Source: Pavona decussata (Eukaryota). Taken from it: a stretch of 64,000 bases of DNA. Location of the stretch: NCBI GenBank assembly GCA_977016875.1, contig CDRNST010000006.1, forward strand, positions 4,836,001-4,900,000, in the 5' to 3' direction. Of the stretch, positions 61,753-64,000 are shown one piece after another. The position numbers were made by a program, and so were the translations under genes. The notes beneath the pieces are model-generated. The model did not search any database, was not told the origin of the DNA, and was given only the letters and a program-made list of their open reading frames with translations. How positions within the stretch are numbered: position 1 is the stretch's first letter; each line of letters begins with the position of its first letter.

Positions 61753-63920
61753 ATGTTCAACAAGCTAGTGTCTATGTCTATGAGGCATAATTTTAATTAT
61801 GCCTCATGAACATTAGCCAGTAGGAAAAGAGAACTCGAATGACATTCCAGGCTTTTTGTGCTTCTCGAGCATCGTATTTGAAATTGAAAGACAAAAATTT
61901 GACTGTTTTGCAGTCAAGGAAGATGCTACGTGTAGACATAAAATGCAGGTGTGGCCTCATACAGCTTGCAAGGTTTACTCTACTTGCTACTGTATCATAG
62001 ATGGAACCTCCAACCATTAATGTTAGCATTTTTCTGTAGTTAGGAAACACTATAGTAACTGTCCACTTCGTTTTTGATATTTGCAAAGGTAAGTGCCATA
62101 CAGTAGAAAATATAAAGTTACTGTTGAAAAAAGGGCACTAAGCTGTGTTCTAAACGTCCGCGAGTTCTCACGCGCAAGGACCCCCCCCCCCCCCCACCCC
62201 GCCCCCAAAAAATGTTTTCAAGCACAGGGAGTGTATATTTGGCTAGACCGCTGGTTTAGGAACTTGAAGAACTGCATATTTACACAGGTAAAATTCGGAA
62301 TTGTTTGTCGTTTGTTACTTGTTCGCCTTTGTAGCCGGCGTGGGAAGATAGTTCGGTTACCAGGTCCCACGCGGTTTTGATCACGCCTTAGTTTGTCAGA
62401 GTCACGCAGTTACAAGGATTTCAACTTTTTCCGTTTAAAAAGAGTTACTGGCGCTGCAGATCAGATCACTGTGATAAGTCCTCCTTAGCGAGTTTTTTCG
62501 AATTCAGGGCTAGAATAAACTGCTAGTTTATAGCAATTTCATGAATATTTATTCTGCGATGCGACAATCACATAGCCGATCTCTGCTGTTAACTTTGACC
62601 TCTTCTAAGTGAATTTATACCATCTTTGCTTGATAATTCTAAAGTAATTGCCTTTCCTGTCTTAAAAACTCAAGCAATAGATGAATTAAAGCTTAGAAAT
62701 ACTCTGACTTTTGGTATTTCCTGACTGTTGTATTTTTGAAAGTAGCCGAAGCAGAATAATGTAAACAGTTTCCAATTACACAATTAACAGCAAAATGTGC
62801 CCAATTCTGACTTCTACATGTGTAAAAATACACGAGTTGACAAAATCATACGAAATGTTATCCTACTAAGTTCAGCAGAGAATAAGCTACTATTAGCAAT
62901 TTCTGTACAGCTCATAGAAAACATATTCTTTGTTGCAAGTGATAATTTAACAAAGGACTTGATTTGTAGCGTGACGGCCGTTGTTCGTTTCACAGGCTCT
63001 CCTCGTGTCAAAGTACCCTTCACATTTTGGTCTCTCGACGGGATACTTTTGCATTGCCGCCAGAAATATTTTAACACAGTAAACTGCAAAGGTTGTGCTT
63101 CAACAATGTCTTCATTTTAAATTCAAACTGGACGTACCAATTGGGTTTCTTTTGTGTTGAAATTGGATGAAATTTGCTGAATTTTTAAACTGCCGAAATG
63201 GGGTTTCTTCTAACGGCCGAAGCATTTCCAATTCTCAAGCTTATCTAAATTTAACTAGTGCATTATGAAGAAGAGGGAGGTGTTTATATTTTGTAAACAT
63301 TTCATTAATGGAGGACATCGCGTTTCTTTCTACGAGCGAGATGAAAATGGGTAATTTTCAGTAAGTTTCGTGACCGAAAGGACGCTAATTTGCTGTATTT
63401 CAAACTTTGCCCGATTTCGAAAAAAATAATACGCTGACGAAACTTTTAACGTTATTTTTGAAAATACTTTACTATAGAGATTATATGGACAAAATATCAA
63501 GGAATTCGAAATTTCACGACTGACGCCCGATTTTTGATAATCTCAGAAATCGGCTCTTAATAGGCTTGAAACATTTAACTTCTAAGAGCCTGGATCTTTA
63601 ATTTCAATCATTACTGAATCGTGGTCAGTTTTAGTTGCTGGAAGTCTACATTGTTAATACGATCACGAAGATGGTTTGAAGTCGGCCAAATGTCATTGAA
63701 ATGGAATTTTTTAATAAAATATTATCAGTGGTATTGACGTTGAATCCATTTCTAAATCCAGGTTTATGTAAACATTTGGCCAATAGGAGAAAAACCCCTT
63801 TCCACTTTCATTTCAGCTTTCAGTGTATGTATATTGGTTTTGTTGGCCTCTCTGTTGTGTTTCCTCACTGACCGTAGTCCATATGTTTCACATACACTAA
63901 CCAGCGTGTTATATTTTCAG

Positions 63921-64000
63921 TGCCCGCATTGACGGATTAGTGAAGCGTGAGGAATCGCCAGAGGAGATGACGGAAAATTATGTTGATAGGGATGATTTTA
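63921..64000 (+). CDS. DRC7: DRC7 coding exon 12 (continues beyond window)
   Basis: ttttcag acceptor; (S)ARIDGLVKREESPEEMTENYVDRDDF, similar to human ARVDGLMKREETP. Confidence 0.93.

Larger units (their letters stand above)
59340..63556. mobile_element. Non-autonomous Sola3-like foldback element with ~1.58 kb TIRs
   Basis: TTAA TSD, GAG...CTC termini; arms 59340-61525 (with a 603-bp insert) and 61976-63556; about 450 bp spacer without transposase. Confidence 0.85.

Noticed and set aside
59776-63120. Identical 107-aa and 91-aa ORFs present twice in opposite orientation
   Set aside because: They are simply the two arms of the inverted repeat; they show no recognisable domain and are not evidence of duplicated genes.

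Overview
Animal genomic DNA: spliceosomal GT-AG introns and a transposon content typical of cnidarians (a stony coral is my inference). The window has two host genes head-to-head. The first coding exon of DCAF5 is on the minus strand (about 7.4-7.7 kb). The first 12 coding exons of DRC7/CCDC135 (nexin-dynein regulatory complex subunit 7) are on the plus strand (7856 to beyond 64000), with intron phases consistent throughout. The introns are filled with nested transposons. These include an L2/CR1-type LINE 5' end whose open ORF (missed by the ORF track) carries a signal-peptide-like leader and a 2A-like motif before the APE domain, and a full-length short-LTR Gypsy element whose RT YxDD is deleted in frame. 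There is also a BEL/Pao element inserted in an older BEL, two DUF3504 tyrosine-recombinase (Crypton-like) elements, a 4.2 kb Sola3-like foldback with about 1.58 kb arms, a Helitron2-like insert, and many MITEs, including a five-level nest. The most notable pattern is in the two divergent recombinase elements. Both end in a subterminal inverted repeat plus a long 3' hairpin whose mismatches and loops fold stably mainly on the bottom strand (tandem G.A pairs, GNA triloops). This suggests a folded single-stranded DNA recombination site, which is a hypothesis only.
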